From positions 32,001 through 96,000 of the forward strand of contig CAVYES010000003.1 in NCBI GenBank assembly GCA_963767735.1: DNA of 64,000 nt. Direction: 5' to 3'. Source of the stretch: Candidatus Bathyarchaeota archaeon. Lineage in GTDB: Archaea; Thermoproteota; Bathyarchaeia; Bathyarchaeales; Bathycorpusculaceae. The first letter of the stretch is position 1, and each line of letters begins with the position of its first letter. The position numbers and the translations under genes were made by a program. The notes below the pieces were generated by a model that was given only the letters and a program-made list of their open reading frames with translations, was not told where the DNA came from and made no database searches. This document shows, in pieces, positions 50,148 to 61,776 of the stretch.

Positions 50148-51083
50148 ATGAGTTTAACAGACAACTGCGGAAGACCCTTACTTAACCTGCGCATATCGAT
50201 TACCCAGCGATGCAACAACCGCTGCTTATACTGCCACAGAGAAGGCGAAGTGAAACGCGCCAACAGCTCCGCCGAGAAAATGTCAAAGGAGGAAATCGTG
50301 CGTATTGCAAAAATCGCCGTGGACATTGGCATTGCAAGGATAAAATTGACAGGCGGGGAACCGCTCATGCGCAAAGATCTGCCGGAGATTGTTTCAGGCA
50401 TAAAGGCGGTGCCTGGCTTGAAGGATTTATCGTTAACAACCAACGGTCTTTTGCTTGACGGCATGGCAAAGGAGTTGCATGAACGCGGATTAAAACGTGT
50501 AAACATCAGCTTGCCCTCGCTCAACGAGGAAACTTACCGCAAGCTAACGGGCGGGAACTTGCAAAAAGCGTTGGCGGGGGTTAAAGCAGCCCTTGAAGCG
50601 GGTTTCTGCCCGGTTAAACTAAACATGGTCTTATTGAAAAATATGAATGTGGGCGACGTACCTGAAATGATAGAGTATGCAAGACAAACCGGTACGATAC
50701 TGCAACTTATAGAGCTTGATCCAATAAACGTCACCAACAGTTACTATTCTACATACTACAAAAGCCTCGATGACCAAGAACAGATGCTGCGTGACAAAGC
50801 CGAAACCGTTGAGAAAAGACCCTTCATGCACAACCGCCTCATCTACCACCTGCCAAATGTAACCGTCGAAGTCGTGCATCCGATAGAGAACACTGACTTC
50901 TGCATGCACTGCACCCGAATGCGAGTCACCAGCGACGGCAAACTTAAACCGTGCCTAATGAGAAACGACAACTTAACAGACATCCTAACACCCATGCGCA
51001 AAGGAGCAAACGACCAACAACTAAAACAACTATTCATCCAAGCTAATTCACTAAGAGAACCATACAATAAGAGCGCTCAATGA
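50148..51083 (+). CDS. moaA: GTP 3',8-cyclase (radical SAM)
   Basis: CNNRCLYC, LTGGEP and FCMHCTRMRVTSDGKLKPCL. Confidence 0.97.
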   Translation: MSLTDNCGRPLLNLRISITQRCNNRCLYCHREGEVKRANSSAEKMSKEEIVRIAKIAVDIGIARIKLTGGEPLMRKDLPEIVSGIKAVPGLKDLSLTTNGLLLDGMAKELHERGLKRVNISLPSLNEETYRKLTGGNLQKALAGVKAALEAGFCPVKLNMVLLKNMNVGDVPEMIEYARQTGTILQLIELDPINVTNSYYSTYYKSLDDQEQMLRDKAETVEKRPFMHNRLIYHLPNVTVEVVHPIENTDFCMHCTRMRVTSDGKLKPCLMRNDNLTDILTPMRKGANDQQLKQLFIQANSLREPYNKSAQ

Positions 51084-51100
51084 AGCAAGGGGAAACTTAA

Positions 51101-51598
51101 TCAGAGTTCGATTATTTTTGCTTCATGCTTTTCCGTATCAAGCAAGGCTAAGGTGGATTTTCCCGTCAGGTATCCGCAAAGTTCTCCTGGGTTTATAACC
51201 AGCGTTTTTCCCATCTTTTCGACGCTTCGATTGTGGCTGTGTCCGTGAATTACGGCGTCAAAGTAACCGCTGTTTACTAAAACGTTAAGCAACTCGGTTT
51301 CTTCTCCATGCAGCAAGGCAATTCTGTAGCCTTCCACAGTTACCGAGGCGAATCGACCGTGGACTGTGCAGTTGCTGGTTTCGCCAAACCGTTTCTTTAA
51401 AAGTTCGTGGTCTCCATCGTTGTTGCCAAATACGCCGATGAGTTTGCAGTTTAACTGTTTGAATTTGGGGATGACAAAACCTGCAATGTAATCGCCAGCG
51501 TGAAGTACCAAGCCTACTTTTTGGTTATTTAGGTACTTCACTGCGTTTTCAACTTGGGGCAAATTATCGTGCGTATCTGAAATTGCGCCAATCAACAT
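51101..51598 (-). CDS. YfcE/MJ0936-family metallophosphoesterase
   Basis: SDTHDN, HAGD, GNND, GHSH and NPG. Confidence 0.92.
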   Translation of the reverse strand: MLIGAISDTHDNLPQVENAVKYLNNQKVGLVLHAGDYIAGFVIPKFKQLNCKLIGVFGNNDGDHELLKKRFGETSNCTVHGRFASVTVEGYRIALLHGEETELLNVLVNSGYFDAVIHGHSHNRSVEKMGKTLVINPGELCGYLTGKSTLALLDTEKHEAKIIEL

Positions 51599-51694
51599 GC
51601 TGTTTTCTCCCTTGGTATTTTTCTCCCCGTACAATAAAGGTTTTCCGTAAAACTTAACCTCGGCACAAATTCATTATAAAAACTTAAATGCTGA

Positions 51695-52045
51695 TTGATA
51701 GTTAAGCTTGTAGGGAAGTGGAGCAAGATATTTAGCGCTAAACCGAAAAGAAGAGACACATTGGACATAATGGCGCAAATTCTCGAAATCACTAAAGAAG
51801 ACACCCTTAAAACTCAGATAATGTATAAAGCAAATTTAAGCTTCAACCAACTCAACGAATTCCTTCAATTCATGGCAATAAACAATTTAATCACCCATAA
51901 AACCCTTGAAGGCAAAGGAGTCTACGCCACTACACTAAAAGGCTTCAATTTTATTCAAATATATAGTGAGTTACGTCAACTGGTAAAAACGGAAAACAGC
52001 AGCACACAAGTCAAAATTTCACCAAAACCTCCGTCAAAATCTTAA
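51695..52045 (+). CDS. Archaeal winged-helix regulator (start uncertain)
   Basis: RRDTLDIMAQILE..KTQIMYKANLS..Y.TT.KG. Confidence 0.82.
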   Translation: MIVKLVGKWSKIFSAKPKRRDTLDIMAQILEITKEDTLKTQIMYKANLSFNQLNEFLQFMAINNLITHKTLEGKGVYATTLKGFNFIQIYSELRQLVKTENSSTQVKISPKPPSKS

Positions 52046-52052
52046 ACTTATT

Positions 52053-52769
52053 TTAGAAACGTTCAAGCATCATCAGCAATTCGCTAAGGCTCTTAATAGT
52101 TTGGTCAGGACGAATCTCCTTAGCTTTCTCGATGCGTCTTTGAATATAAATGGCTTTCATGCCAACCGCTTTTGCACCTTCAATATCTGCATCTAAGGTG
52201 TCGCCGACAAAAACCGTTTCAGACGCAGAAACACCCAGCGCCCTTAAGGTGTTTTCAAAGATTTCTGGGCTTGGTTTGCGCTTATTCACTGCGCCAGAAA
52301 CAACAACGGCATCAAACAATTTATCTAAATCATGAGTTTTGAGCAGCTCGTGCACACATTCGGGAATTGCAAAATTAGAAATTATGCCCAGCTTATATTT
52401 CCCATGCAAAATGCGCACAAGCTTCTCAGTATTTTCATCTAAATAAACAAAAGTCATGAATTCATCACAAAACTCAGCCGACGCAGAAGCCACAAAGGGG
52501 CTGGAAACGTCATAGTTGTAGCCTAAACTTTTCAATGTTTCAGAAACTCGAATGTTAAAGTGCGGTTCCTCTAAATTTTCATCAGCTTTAACATAGAGCT
52601 CATCACGAGCTTTAATGTACGCTTTTTGGAATATGTCAAAGGACACGTTTACCCCGTTTCTATTGAGGTACTTGTACATTCTCAACAATGAAGGGCTGTA
52701 AAACTCATGATTTTTCCTAATCATCATCAAAGTATCGAACATATCAAATAGAACAGCTTTAATCGGCAT
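52053..52769 (-). CDS. HAD-superfamily hydrolase
   Basis: FDMFDT, ISN, KP and VGDTLDADIEGA. Confidence 0.93.
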   Translation of the reverse strand: MPIKAVLFDMFDTLMMIRKNHEFYSPSLLRMYKYLNRNGVNVSFDIFQKAYIKARDELYVKADENLEEPHFNIRVSETLKSLGYNYDVSSPFVASASAEFCDEFMTFVYLDENTEKLVRILHGKYKLGIISNFAIPECVHELLKTHDLDKLFDAVVVSGAVNKRKPSPEIFENTLRALGVSASETVFVGDTLDADIEGAKAVGMKAIYIQRRIEKAKEIRPDQTIKSLSELLMMLERF

Positions 52770-53067
52770 CGACTTTTCCTAACAGTAAACTTTGCCGAGC
52801 CTTAAAATTCTTATCGCAACGCAAAACGCCTTTTCCCGTTTGCCGCCCTTAACTTTTTCCTGAGAAAACATGATATTGCAAAGCAAATCTCTGCTCGATA
52901 TCGATGCTTAAAAAGATGAGATATGACAATTTTTTAATAGCATTATAACACTGGAAGTATAATGCAGATTTGATAAGTGGATGATGAAAGCATAAATAAA
53001 AAAGGAATCTTGTCTGTTTTCATTGGATTCCTGAAATAAATTTAAACTGAAATCTAAACGATACTCG

Positions 53068-53091
53068 TCAAACCCTAAACCAAAAACAACC
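53068..53091 (-). repeat. Partial fourth copy of the dispersed-element leader
   Basis: tcaaaccctaaaccaaaaacaacc matches 8965-8990. Confidence 0.55.
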
Positions 53092-53243
53092 TTAAACAAT
53101 CCCTGAAGAAAAGAAAAGGGAGCGGGAGGGTACTATTTACAATTGAAACATTTATGTAAAAAGTGCAGTTAATGTGAAAAGTATAACTAATTAGTTGGAA
53201 AGTATAAATGAAAGTAACACCAATTGGTATTTAGTGGTTAAGA

Positions 53244-53495
53244 ATGCCTAAAAGAAATGTTGGACAGAAAGGGCAAGTTGTAATTCCTAAACAAATGAGG
53301 GATGCTTTGGGATTGAAACCGGGCGTTGAAATAACCCTAGAATTACGAGATAAAGAAATAGTGATTAAAAAGCCCGAAGTCAAGGGTAGTTATACTGAAT
53401 ATTTCATAAGCACTTCCTCGCCAAAATTAAAGAAAGAAGTGAATCTTAAGGAATTGTTTGAAGAAGAAGTTGAAGAACGACTTGGCTTACGTTGA
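53244..53495 (+). CDS. vapB: AbrB/MazE-type antitoxin
   Basis: VGQKGQVVIPKQMRDALGLKPG; precedes a PIN gene. Confidence 0.9.
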   Translation: MPKRNVGQKGQVVIPKQMRDALGLKPGVEITLELRDKEIVIKKPEVKGSYTEYFISTSSPKLKKEVNLKELFEEEVEERLGLR

Positions 53496-53892
53496 CGCAA
53501 ACGTTTTCGTTTACCCTATATTTTATTCGGAAGATTTAGGAGCAAAGGTAAAGAAAGCTAGGGAAATATTGCAGAAAATAGAAGAAGGAGAAATATTAGC
53601 ATACACTTCTACGTTAACATGGGATGAAGTTGTTTGGGCAGTGAGGAAATTTATGGGCAGAGAAGAAAGTATAACTCAAGGACAAAAACTGCTTGGTTTT
53701 ATTAATTTACATTTCATAACTGTTGACGAAAATATCCTATGCCGAGCCCAAGCACTCATGAGCAACTATAATCTTAAACCAAGGGATTCAATTCATGTAT
53801 CATCAGCGATTGATAGAAAACTAAAGACAATTATCAGCGATGACGTGGACTTTGATAAGGTTAAGGAAGTTAAAAGAATACCGCTTGTATAA
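53482..53892 (+). CDS. vapC: PIN-domain toxin
   Basis: YVDANVF, TWDE, PRDSIH and SDDVDF. Confidence 0.92.
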   Translation: MAYVDANVFVYPIFYSEDLGAKVKKAREILQKIEEGEILAYTSTLTWDEVVWAVRKFMGREESITQGQKLLGFINLHFITVDENILCRAQALMSNYNLKPRDSIHVSSAIDRKLKTIISDDVDFDKVKEVKRIPLV

Positions 53893-53927
53893 ACTGATTG
53901 CTTGGCTCCCTAAACAATCCCGAACAG

Positions 53928-56822
53928 TTATTTGTCCCAGAATTCTCTTGTGCGCAAATACTGAATCTTCGCCTTCAGCAAATCCATGTAAAACTGGTCT
54001 TCCTGCGGATGCATTTTCCCTAAAATCCGCGAAGCCGTTTCAGGACCAACACCTTTCACCTGCAGCGCTCTAACCGCCTGTTTGCCATAGCTGAGTATCA
54101 AGTCGGCTTTGCGTCTGGAGTTGCTTAGTTCTTTGAGTTCTTCAGGGGTAAGCTCTTTGCCTTCACGTCGCTTCTGCAAATCCGCTTTTAGCTTATCCGC
54201 GTCTTGGCTGTGGATAGAGCACAGTCAGCAATCTTGAATTGCAGTTCCCGCATTGCGGCTCATCGGCTAAATCTTTGATGCGAACCAGCTTTGTCCAAGT
54301 TCCACAGTTCATGCAGAGCAGATTTACCGTTCTGGCTTCAATCGCGTGCTTCATTCTGTCAATGTTGCTTAAAATTACGTGTTCAGGAGCCATCAACTCC
54401 GCCGTGTCGGCGTACTGCATCAAAATGTGATATGCCAGCGGCGATGGTTTTTCGTGGGCGAGTGCAGTTACAGTTATTTTTCCTTCTTTTATGTCATGCA
54501 TTATTTGCTTGGTTTTTTGCAGGTCCACTTTATCCATCATGGCTTCTCGCAAAGTCTCATCATAAATCGGCGTTCCTTCGAAAGCGGCTTTGAGCTTTTC
54601 TCCACGCTCAGACATCGCCAATGTTTTTCCTCGGGGCATAGCGCCGAATCTTTCAGCGATAGCCTTCATCCTGCTTACGAACGGAAATTTAGAATTCACA
54701 TAATTCAAAAAAGCCTCATCAATGCGGTCGTCGGCTAAATCAAACAGCTCTTTTGGCAGGCCTTTAATCTCTTGTTTAGAGGGTTTATGAATAGTTTCAA
54801 TTAAAATGCGGTAGCCGTCGGTCCACCAGCCAGTAATAGCTTCACGTTCCGAGAGAATAGCATCAAATATCCCGCCTAACGTGCGATTAACAATCTCGCC
54901 AAAACACGCGTGCACAACAATGTATCTGTCCAGCATCTCAATAACAATGCGGTTCTGAGTAGGCAAAGGTACTCCGGTCTTTAGATGTTCATCAATTTCC
55001 AACGCGGCATCAAGAAGCGTTGCCTTATCAGTCTTCAACTCTGACGCTAACTGCTCCGCTGCAACTTCGGGTTTTTTGCCCTCTTTGAGCAGTTTACCGA
55101 TTTTATCTCGCATTTCGCCCGTTTGCTGTGCAAGGTCAAATGGCACTGGAAGGATTTCTCCGTCCCAGCCTGGAACAGCCGCCGACGGGTCTTCCGCTGG
55201 CACAACATGCACTGTGCCTGTTTCATCGTTAATTTGCACCATTCGCCAAACTTTTCCACGCATAATAAAATGCAATCCAACCCGCGCGTGCAGGGTCATA
55301 AATTCGTCGCCTAAAGTGCCGATTTTTCGGTCGTTTAAAACGTTGATCACGGGGTAACGTTTCTCGTCAGGTATCATCGAGAGGTTGCTGTAATAGTATT
55401 CGCGTGTTCTTCCAGTTTTCTTCAAAACTTTTCCTTCTTGATCCAATCTAAGCTTGTGTAGGCTCTCTAAAAAATATACAACTTCTTGAAGCTTCTCCAA
55501 AGTAAGCGTGCTATACGGGTAAGCTTTCGTGACGATTTGGAAGAGTTCAGTTTGACTCACACTTTCTTTATCCATGAGGATGCCTGCAACTTGATGAGCC
55601 AAAACATCCAAGGCGTTTTTATGCAAAAGCACTGGTTCAAGCCTGCCTAAGTTGGTGTTTTCCACTGCCGCCATTGACTCCAATGTGTCATCTGGATACG
55701 CCGTGACGATTACTCCCTCGGAGAGACGCTCAAGACTATGCCCGCTTCTTCCCACGCGCTGAATTAAACTGCTGACTTGCCGCGGCGACATATATTGAAT
55801 AACCAAATCCACATTTCCAATATCTATACCCAGCTCCAGCGTGCTCGTGCAAATGATTGCTTTTATTGTTCGGGAGCTTTGAAAGCATCTTCCGTCATGA
55901 CTCGTTCTTCACGTGATAGGGAACCATGATGCACTGCTATGTCCGTGCGGTTGAGCTGGTCGAATCTGTGTCCAAGCAGTTCGGCGATAGTTCGACTATT
56001 GACAAACACTAAAGTTGATTTATGGCTGTCGATTAGTTCGATTAACCTTCGGATTCTCGCTGAGGCTTCAGGCGTGGTTTCAAGTTTTGCCGCTAACTCA
56101 AAGTCTTTTTCAGTCGGAGTCAAATACTCCACGCGGTAACGGTAGCTTTTAGCCAAAACCGCCTGCACAATACTAATTTTTCTGTTTGTTCCAGCAATGA
56201 ACCGTGCAACTTCTTCGGGGTTGCCAACGGTGGCTGATAAGCCGATTCTCTGAAACTCTTTACCCGTCACCTCTAAGACTCGTTCAAGCGCTATTGCAAG
56301 TTGCGCCCCACGTTTACTTTCAGCCAAATCATGCACTTCATCAATTATGACGCATTGCACGTTGCTGAGGTGTCGGCGCATTTGGGAGCCGGGAAGGATG
56401 GCCTGCAAAGTTTCAGGCGTAGTCACAAGCATTTGGGGCGGTCTGAGCGCTTGTTTTCTGCGAATTTTCATTTCTGTATCGCCATGGCGAACTTCAACAG
56501 TTATGTCTAATTGTTCACTCCAGAAAGTTAACCGCTTAAACATGTCACGGTTCAACGCGCGCAGAGGCGTAATGTAAATTACTTGTATGCCCTTTTGCTC
56601 TTGATTTTTCTGTTCAACTAGCCTCGAAAAGACAGGGAGAAGAACTGCTTCAGTTTTTCCAGTGCCCGTCGGCGCGATCAAAAGCACATTCTTGCCTTCC
56701 AACACTGGGGGAAATGCCAAAGTCTGCGGCAAAGTAGGCTCAGAAAAGCCAAGCTCTTTTAATCCCTTGCGGACAGGTTTAGCGAGTAATTCGAAAACAG
56801 AACTGGAATTTTCAATTTGCAT
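53928..56822 (-). CDS. lhr: Lhr-family SF2 helicase, split by two apparent indels (~55870, ~54200)
   Basis: APTGTGKT, TPLRAL, DEVH, SAT, HHGSLS, ICTSTLELGID, QRVGRSGH and C-terminal CxxC..CxxC. Confidence 0.92.
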
Positions 56823-57067
56823 TTTCTTAAATAATTACTCGGCAAAAGGATGCTTTAACTGTTTAGCTTAAATTAACCTTATTTGCCCTAAAATCACGTT
56901 TGAATTAGCCTTCTGTTATTCATCCTTATTTTTTTTATCGAATTAACAAAAAGGTAAATTTTGATTCTCAACAAGATTAATATGAATTGCAGGCAAAGAA
57001 AGATGTAATGAAGAATTGAACTTATGGTTTGTATAAACTGTAGTTATCGATAGGCAAGGGGAATAGA

Positions 57068-57367
57068 ATGAACTTAAAACTTTATGCAATTAAAAGGGGC
57101 AATCAAAAACTTGCCAGCTCCATACAGCTGGTCGTAGTTGACTTGGATAAAAGTAAACGTTACCCGTTAAACTTTGTCTGTGTTCTGCCTCAATACCTCC
57201 GCTTGCTTGAAAGGCGATCCAGCAACTTTGCTAAAATTTTCGGCAGAAAAAGCCTGCCTGTAGCAAAAGATCTTTTGGTTGAAGCAAAGCACAGGGAAGA
57301 CGATCCTGAAATCCAAAAAGTCATAAGTAAAAGGATAAAAGCCATCGACTCGGAACGAACATTCTAG
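57068..57367 (+). CDS. Hypothetical protein
   Basis: 99-aa ATG ORF filling an intergenic gap. Confidence 0.6.
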   Translation: MNLKLYAIKRGNQKLASSIQLVVVDLDKSKRYPLNFVCVLPQYLRLLERRSSNFAKIFGRKSLPVAKDLLVEAKHREDDPEIQKVISKRIKAIDSERTF

Positions 57368-57485
57368 AAACCAGCAGCCTAAACAGCGCTGTTACGGAAG
57401 GTTTAGCGTTATTTGCTAGCTCTTATGAGAACTTTTTAAATTTAAATTCAGGTCAAGCAACTGTTAGTGATTATTGGATTAAAAT

Positions 57486-58352
57486 ATGGCTTTAGACTTG
57501 GGGATTCTCTTCGCTGTCACTGCGATGTTAAGTTGGGGCATAGCGGACTTTCTCGCAAAGAAAGCCATAGATAAAATTGGTTACAAAACATCTTTAGTTC
57601 TAAACCAAGCCGTAGCCTTAGTGCCAGCGGTCATTTTTGCCATCCTGTTCTTCAGAATGCCTTCTTTATCAATCTACTTAATCGGCATAATAGTGTTGGC
57701 GGGTATTTCAGGAGTCTTTGGGTACATTTTTTTGTATAGAGGATTCCAGAAAGGCAACGTCTCTGTTGTGTCTCCGATAACGGCAAGCTGGTCAGTGGTA
57801 ACAATTTTGTTAGCATTTTTTCTGTTCGGGGAAACACTAACACCTATTCAAATCATGGGAATCATTGCCGTGCTCATCGGGGTGTTCTTTGCCTCCACAA
57901 ATTTTGCCGAACTCAAAACCAGCATCAAACAGGGACGATCAGCTGGGGTTTTGGATGCTCTGATAGCGATGGTTTCTTGGGGAATCAGTTATGCCTTGCT
58001 TAGACCTATTGTTGCAGCAGTCGGACCCATCTTGGCTCTGCTGTTTCTTAAAGTGCTGGCGGCGGCAACTTTATTTTCGTGGGTAGGAACCACTAAAACA
58101 AAAATTTCTATTCCGCCTAAAATGATTTTTCTATTCATAGCCATGGCGGGGGTGCTGGATTTTTTGGCTTATACAACCTTTAATCTAAGCCTAAACACGC
58201 AACTGGTCTCTATAGTAAGCCCAATTGCAGCATCGGCTCCAGCTGTCACTGTTGTGCTTGCTTACATTTTCTTAAAGGAAAGACTAGTGAATAACCAGAA
58301 ACTTGGGATAATAGTGATTTTAGCAGGATTAATTCTTATTTCCTTAACTTAA
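57486..58352 (+). CDS. EamA/DMT-family transporter
   Basis: About ten TM helices in two repeats; VSPI..S and FLKERL. Confidence 0.92.
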   Translation: MALDLGILFAVTAMLSWGIADFLAKKAIDKIGYKTSLVLNQAVALVPAVIFAILFFRMPSLSIYLIGIIVLAGISGVFGYIFLYRGFQKGNVSVVSPITASWSVVTILLAFFLFGETLTPIQIMGIIAVLIGVFFASTNFAELKTSIKQGRSAGVLDALIAMVSWGISYALLRPIVAAVGPILALLFLKVLAAATLFSWVGTTKTKISIPPKMIFLFIAMAGVLDFLAYTTFNLSLNTQLVSIVSPIAASAPAVTVVLAYIFLKERLVNNQKLGIIVILAGLILISLT

Positions 58353-58393
58353 CGTCAAAACGTTCTTCGCTGACTTGAGTGTTTCTGACAAAT

Positions 58394-59625
58394 TTATTTT
58401 CCATGATTTGCTGAAGAGATGAGAAGGGAAATAAGGTAGTCATGTTCCACTGTACCGAAGGCTCCATTTTTTGCCGAGACCTCGTCAAATTTTTTTACGC
58501 CGTCAGGTTTCAGAAACGGCGATTTAATTGCGAAAGGCACAGGCTCCCTTGAATGCGTTCCGAGCTTGATCGGTGTGGGGTGATCAGGCGATATTGCAAT
58601 CGCATAGGGCTCCGTTAAGCCGTCAAGGATTCTGCCAAGCAGCCTCTTGTCTAAGTCCTCAATCGTTTTTACTTTTAAGGCATAATCTTTGCAGTGTCCC
58701 GCTTCATCTGGTGCTTCAACATGAACAAAAACTAAATCATTATTCTCAAGAGCTTTCAGTGCGGCATCGGCTTTGCCTTCATAGTTAGTGTTATCCAAGC
58801 CTGTTGCTCCAGGAACGTTGATGATTTCCATTCCTGCATAAGTGCCGATTCCCTTCACTAAATCAACCGCAGAAATGACTGCTGCTTTCAAACCGTATTT
58901 TTCCTTCAACGTTGGCATGGATGGTTTTTTGCCGCCGCCCCAAGGCCAAATCAGATTACCCGGGTTCTTGCCTGCCTTTTCCCGCGCGATGTTTACGGGA
59001 TGAGTCCGCAAAATGCCTCCCGAACGAATAATTAACTCTCTGAGCAATCGTGCTGTTTTTTCTGCTTCTGCCGACTTGGCTTCTGGCAGCACCTCCGAAA
59101 AATTCACTCCTATAGCGTCATGCGGAGGGGTGCATTGAATAAGCTCTGGCTTTGGAAAGTTTCGCAGAATCAGAAAGTGCCTGTAATCAAGACCTGGAGT
59201 AGAATTCGATTTTGCCTAATTTTCCAAAAGCTTTGTTTATTGATGCTATTAGTTTGCTTGATTCTTCAGTTGTTATGTGACCCGCGGAATAATCAACGAT
59301 AACTCCATCTTTCTCTGTTATCAAATTACACCTGTAAGCCGCGTCATTTTCCCCTAGCTTTATTCCTCTTGCAGGAGCTTCAAGTGGGCCTCTGCCTGTG
59401 CAGTACTTTCTCGGATCGTATCCTAAAAGTGAGCATATGGCTGTTTCTGAGCCTGGGTTTAACTCGTCTGGAACGGTTTTGATTAGACCGCTTTGTCCCT
59501 TGGCTAGCTATTGAATCCATATTTGGTTTGTATGCTGCTTGAAGCGGCGTCTTGTTTCCCAATTCAGGAACAGGGTAATCAGCCATTCCATCTCCAACAA
59601 CAAGTATATACTTCATTTCAGTCAA
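58394..59625 (-). CDS. apgM: Cofactor-independent phosphoglycerate mutase, several frameshifts in the 5' half
   Basis: GDGMADYP..LGNKTPL, AVDLVKGIG, HVEAPDEAGH and PDHPTP. Confidence 0.88.
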
Positions 59626-59830
59626 CCCAAAGTCGTTATTAGTCAGGCCATCGGCTAAACCGAGGTTTGCCTTTTCATTGATTCACAAACATATCGCAAT
59701 GGCATATTTATTTACTCTATCATCAAGCTTCAAACGCATAATGTTTATTTGCTCTTAAAGTATGAATATACTCTCAACTGATCAACGGAGTTAGCGGTTA
59801 AAAGCATTTTTAACTAAAGAGCCGATTATT

Positions 59831-60428
59831 GTGGAAGAAAGCGGGTACGTCCTTCATATAAACTTTGAAGAAATTAAAGCGGAATTAGACAGGTTCCACG
59901 ACGTAGATGGGGAACTAAAAGGCAACATTACGTCTTTTGTTATTCGGCTAAAAGAGGCGGCCTCTCGCATTGAGCCGACTTTAAAGAAAGAAACTAATAA
60001 TGAACGGGAACTTTGGGATGAATACAAAAAGCTGCAAAGAGAAAAACTTGCTGTTCTTAGATTTGTCTCATGAGTGGGACTATCTTGACCAAAGTGCAAA
60101 AGATATTAATCCGAAACTGGATTTTCTGGTTAAAGACGCAATTGAAGAGTTAAACGATCATGTTAGCGTCCTAGCGGAATATCACCGTGCCCACATCGAC
60201 ATCTTGGAAATCTACAACACACGCAAAATCGAGTTTTTAGCTCTCATCATTACGGCCGTCGTCTCATACTTAGCAGTGTGGGAATTTTTTGTTCGGGATT
60301 TACTGGTAAGCATAGTTTTTCCTTATGGATTGAGTCCCAGCTTGAACTATTTGTCAGTGATACTTACATTGCTGCCCGTTTTCGTAACCGTTATATGGGC
60401 TTGGGTTAAACGAGAAACCTACTTTTAG
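59831..60428 (+). CDS. Hypothetical helical protein with two C-terminal TM segments; probable frameshift near 60058
   Basis: Two overlapping ORFs join into one plausible protein. Confidence 0.55.
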
Positions 60429-60544
60429 ACAAAATTCTCTTTTGACACAAACGACACAATCGAGCAACCGATTGTGACTGTTAGCGTACAGTAACAAACG
60501 TATTTAAGAATTAATGGGTCTAACTTTAAAAGGAGATTTTTTAA

Positions 60545-60841
60545 ATGGATGGAATGGAACTTCTTATCATAGGCATAGTTGCAATCGTGATTATAATGTG
60601 GGGTCCAGGGAAGATTCCGGAGTTTGCTAAAGCATTAGGCAGAGCTAAAGGGGAATTTGAGAAGGCTTCAAAGGACTATACTGTTTCAACTGCTAATGTT
60701 ACTGCACCAGCCACTGCAAAAACTAAGGATGAAATTTTAGTTGACACAGCCAAAAGTTTTGGAATATCAACCGATGGCAAGAGCAGACAGCAGATTTCTG
60801 ATGAGATATCTTCAAAAGTACAACAATTAGGCTCCGACTAA
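60545..60841 (+). CDS. tatA: Tat translocase subunit TatA
   Basis: TM helix followed by WGPGKIPEFAKALGRAKGEF. Confidence 0.93.
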   Translation: MDGMELLIIGIVAIVIIMWGPGKIPEFAKALGRAKGEFEKASKDYTVSTANVTAPATAKTKDEILVDTAKSFGISTDGKSRQQISDEISSKVQQLGSD

Positions 60842-60952
60842 GGGCTTATTTAGCCTGATCAATTCTTGGCTAAAAAATAGGTGAGACGCTTAAAATATTA
60901 TAGCGTCCTTCGCAATGTTGTCACTGGCTTTTTGAGTTGTTTTGTCGCAAAG

Positions 60953-60985
60953 TTTATATTCCCACGGTGGGATTTTTTGGTGGGA
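60953..60985 (+). promoter_or_regulatory. vapBC promoter: TATA box plus operator palindrome
   Basis: tttata followed by tcccac-g-gtggga and an extra gtggga half-site before the ATG. Confidence 0.6.
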
Positions 60986-60990
60986 AAAGA

Positions 60991-61236
60991 ATGAGCACTG
61001 AAGAAATAACTGTTGACAGTAAAGGGCGTGTCCTAATACCCAAAGTGGTTCGAGATAAAATGGGGTTACACGCTGGAGGAAAAGCTCGCCTGAAAATCGA
61101 GAAAGAAAACATAGTTATTATGCCTCCGATTTCAGCTGAAGAGTTCATTAAAGAAATGGAGGGCTGCATAAAGGAAGGCACCCCCAACATGGATCCGCTA
61201 AAGCTGAAGAAAATATGGGAACCTGCAGAAAAATAA
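60991..61236 (+). CDS. vapB: AbrB/MazE-type antitoxin
   Basis: VDSKGRVLIPKVVRDKMGL. Confidence 0.9.
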   Translation: MSTEEITVDSKGRVLIPKVVRDKMGLHAGGKARLKIEKENIVIMPPISAEEFIKEMEGCIKEGTPNMDPLKLKKIWEPAEK

Positions 61237-61248
61237 AAGGGGAGCAAA

Positions 61249-61683
61249 ATGCTGTTCGTGGACTCTAACATATGGTGCTATTATTTTGATCAGCGCCTTT
61301 CTGAACATGCATGTGTCCGCGACGCTATGCGAAAAATCATAAAATCTGAGGAAATTGCTTGCAATACCATTATAGTCATGGAAGTTGCACATTACCTTGT
61401 TAGGCATTTCGAAGAAAAGATCGCCCTCAAGAAACTAGAGTCCTTCGTTAATTTAGGCAACATGCAAATCGCGGACTTCAATCGGCAAGCATTGGCAGAG
61501 ACCGTCGATAACCTCCTAGCGTATGCATACGGTGAAGGTTTAGGGGGAAGAGATGCAACAGTAATTACTACCATGAAGTTGCAAAACATAAAGAAACTTG
61601 TTTCTCATGATGATATCTTCAAGCGTCTAGCAAACAAACTGAAATTGGAAGTCATAGACCCCGCCCAGCCAGCTGAATCATAA
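61249..61683 (+). CDS. vapC: PIN-domain toxin
   Basis: FVDSNIW, VMEV, GRDA and SHDDIF. Confidence 0.9.
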   Translation: MLFVDSNIWCYYFDQRLSEHACVRDAMRKIIKSEEIACNTIIVMEVAHYLVRHFEEKIALKKLESFVNLGNMQIADFNRQALAETVDNLLAYAYGEGLGGRDATVITTMKLQNIKKLVSHDDIFKRLANKLKLEVIDPAQPAES

Positions 61684-61776
61684 TATTCCCAGTTTTATAG
61701 TGCTCTGACTTTGGTTGATTTTAGAAATACGCATACTTAGTATTTTATTCCTAAAATATTTTAAAAAAGGAGCTGT

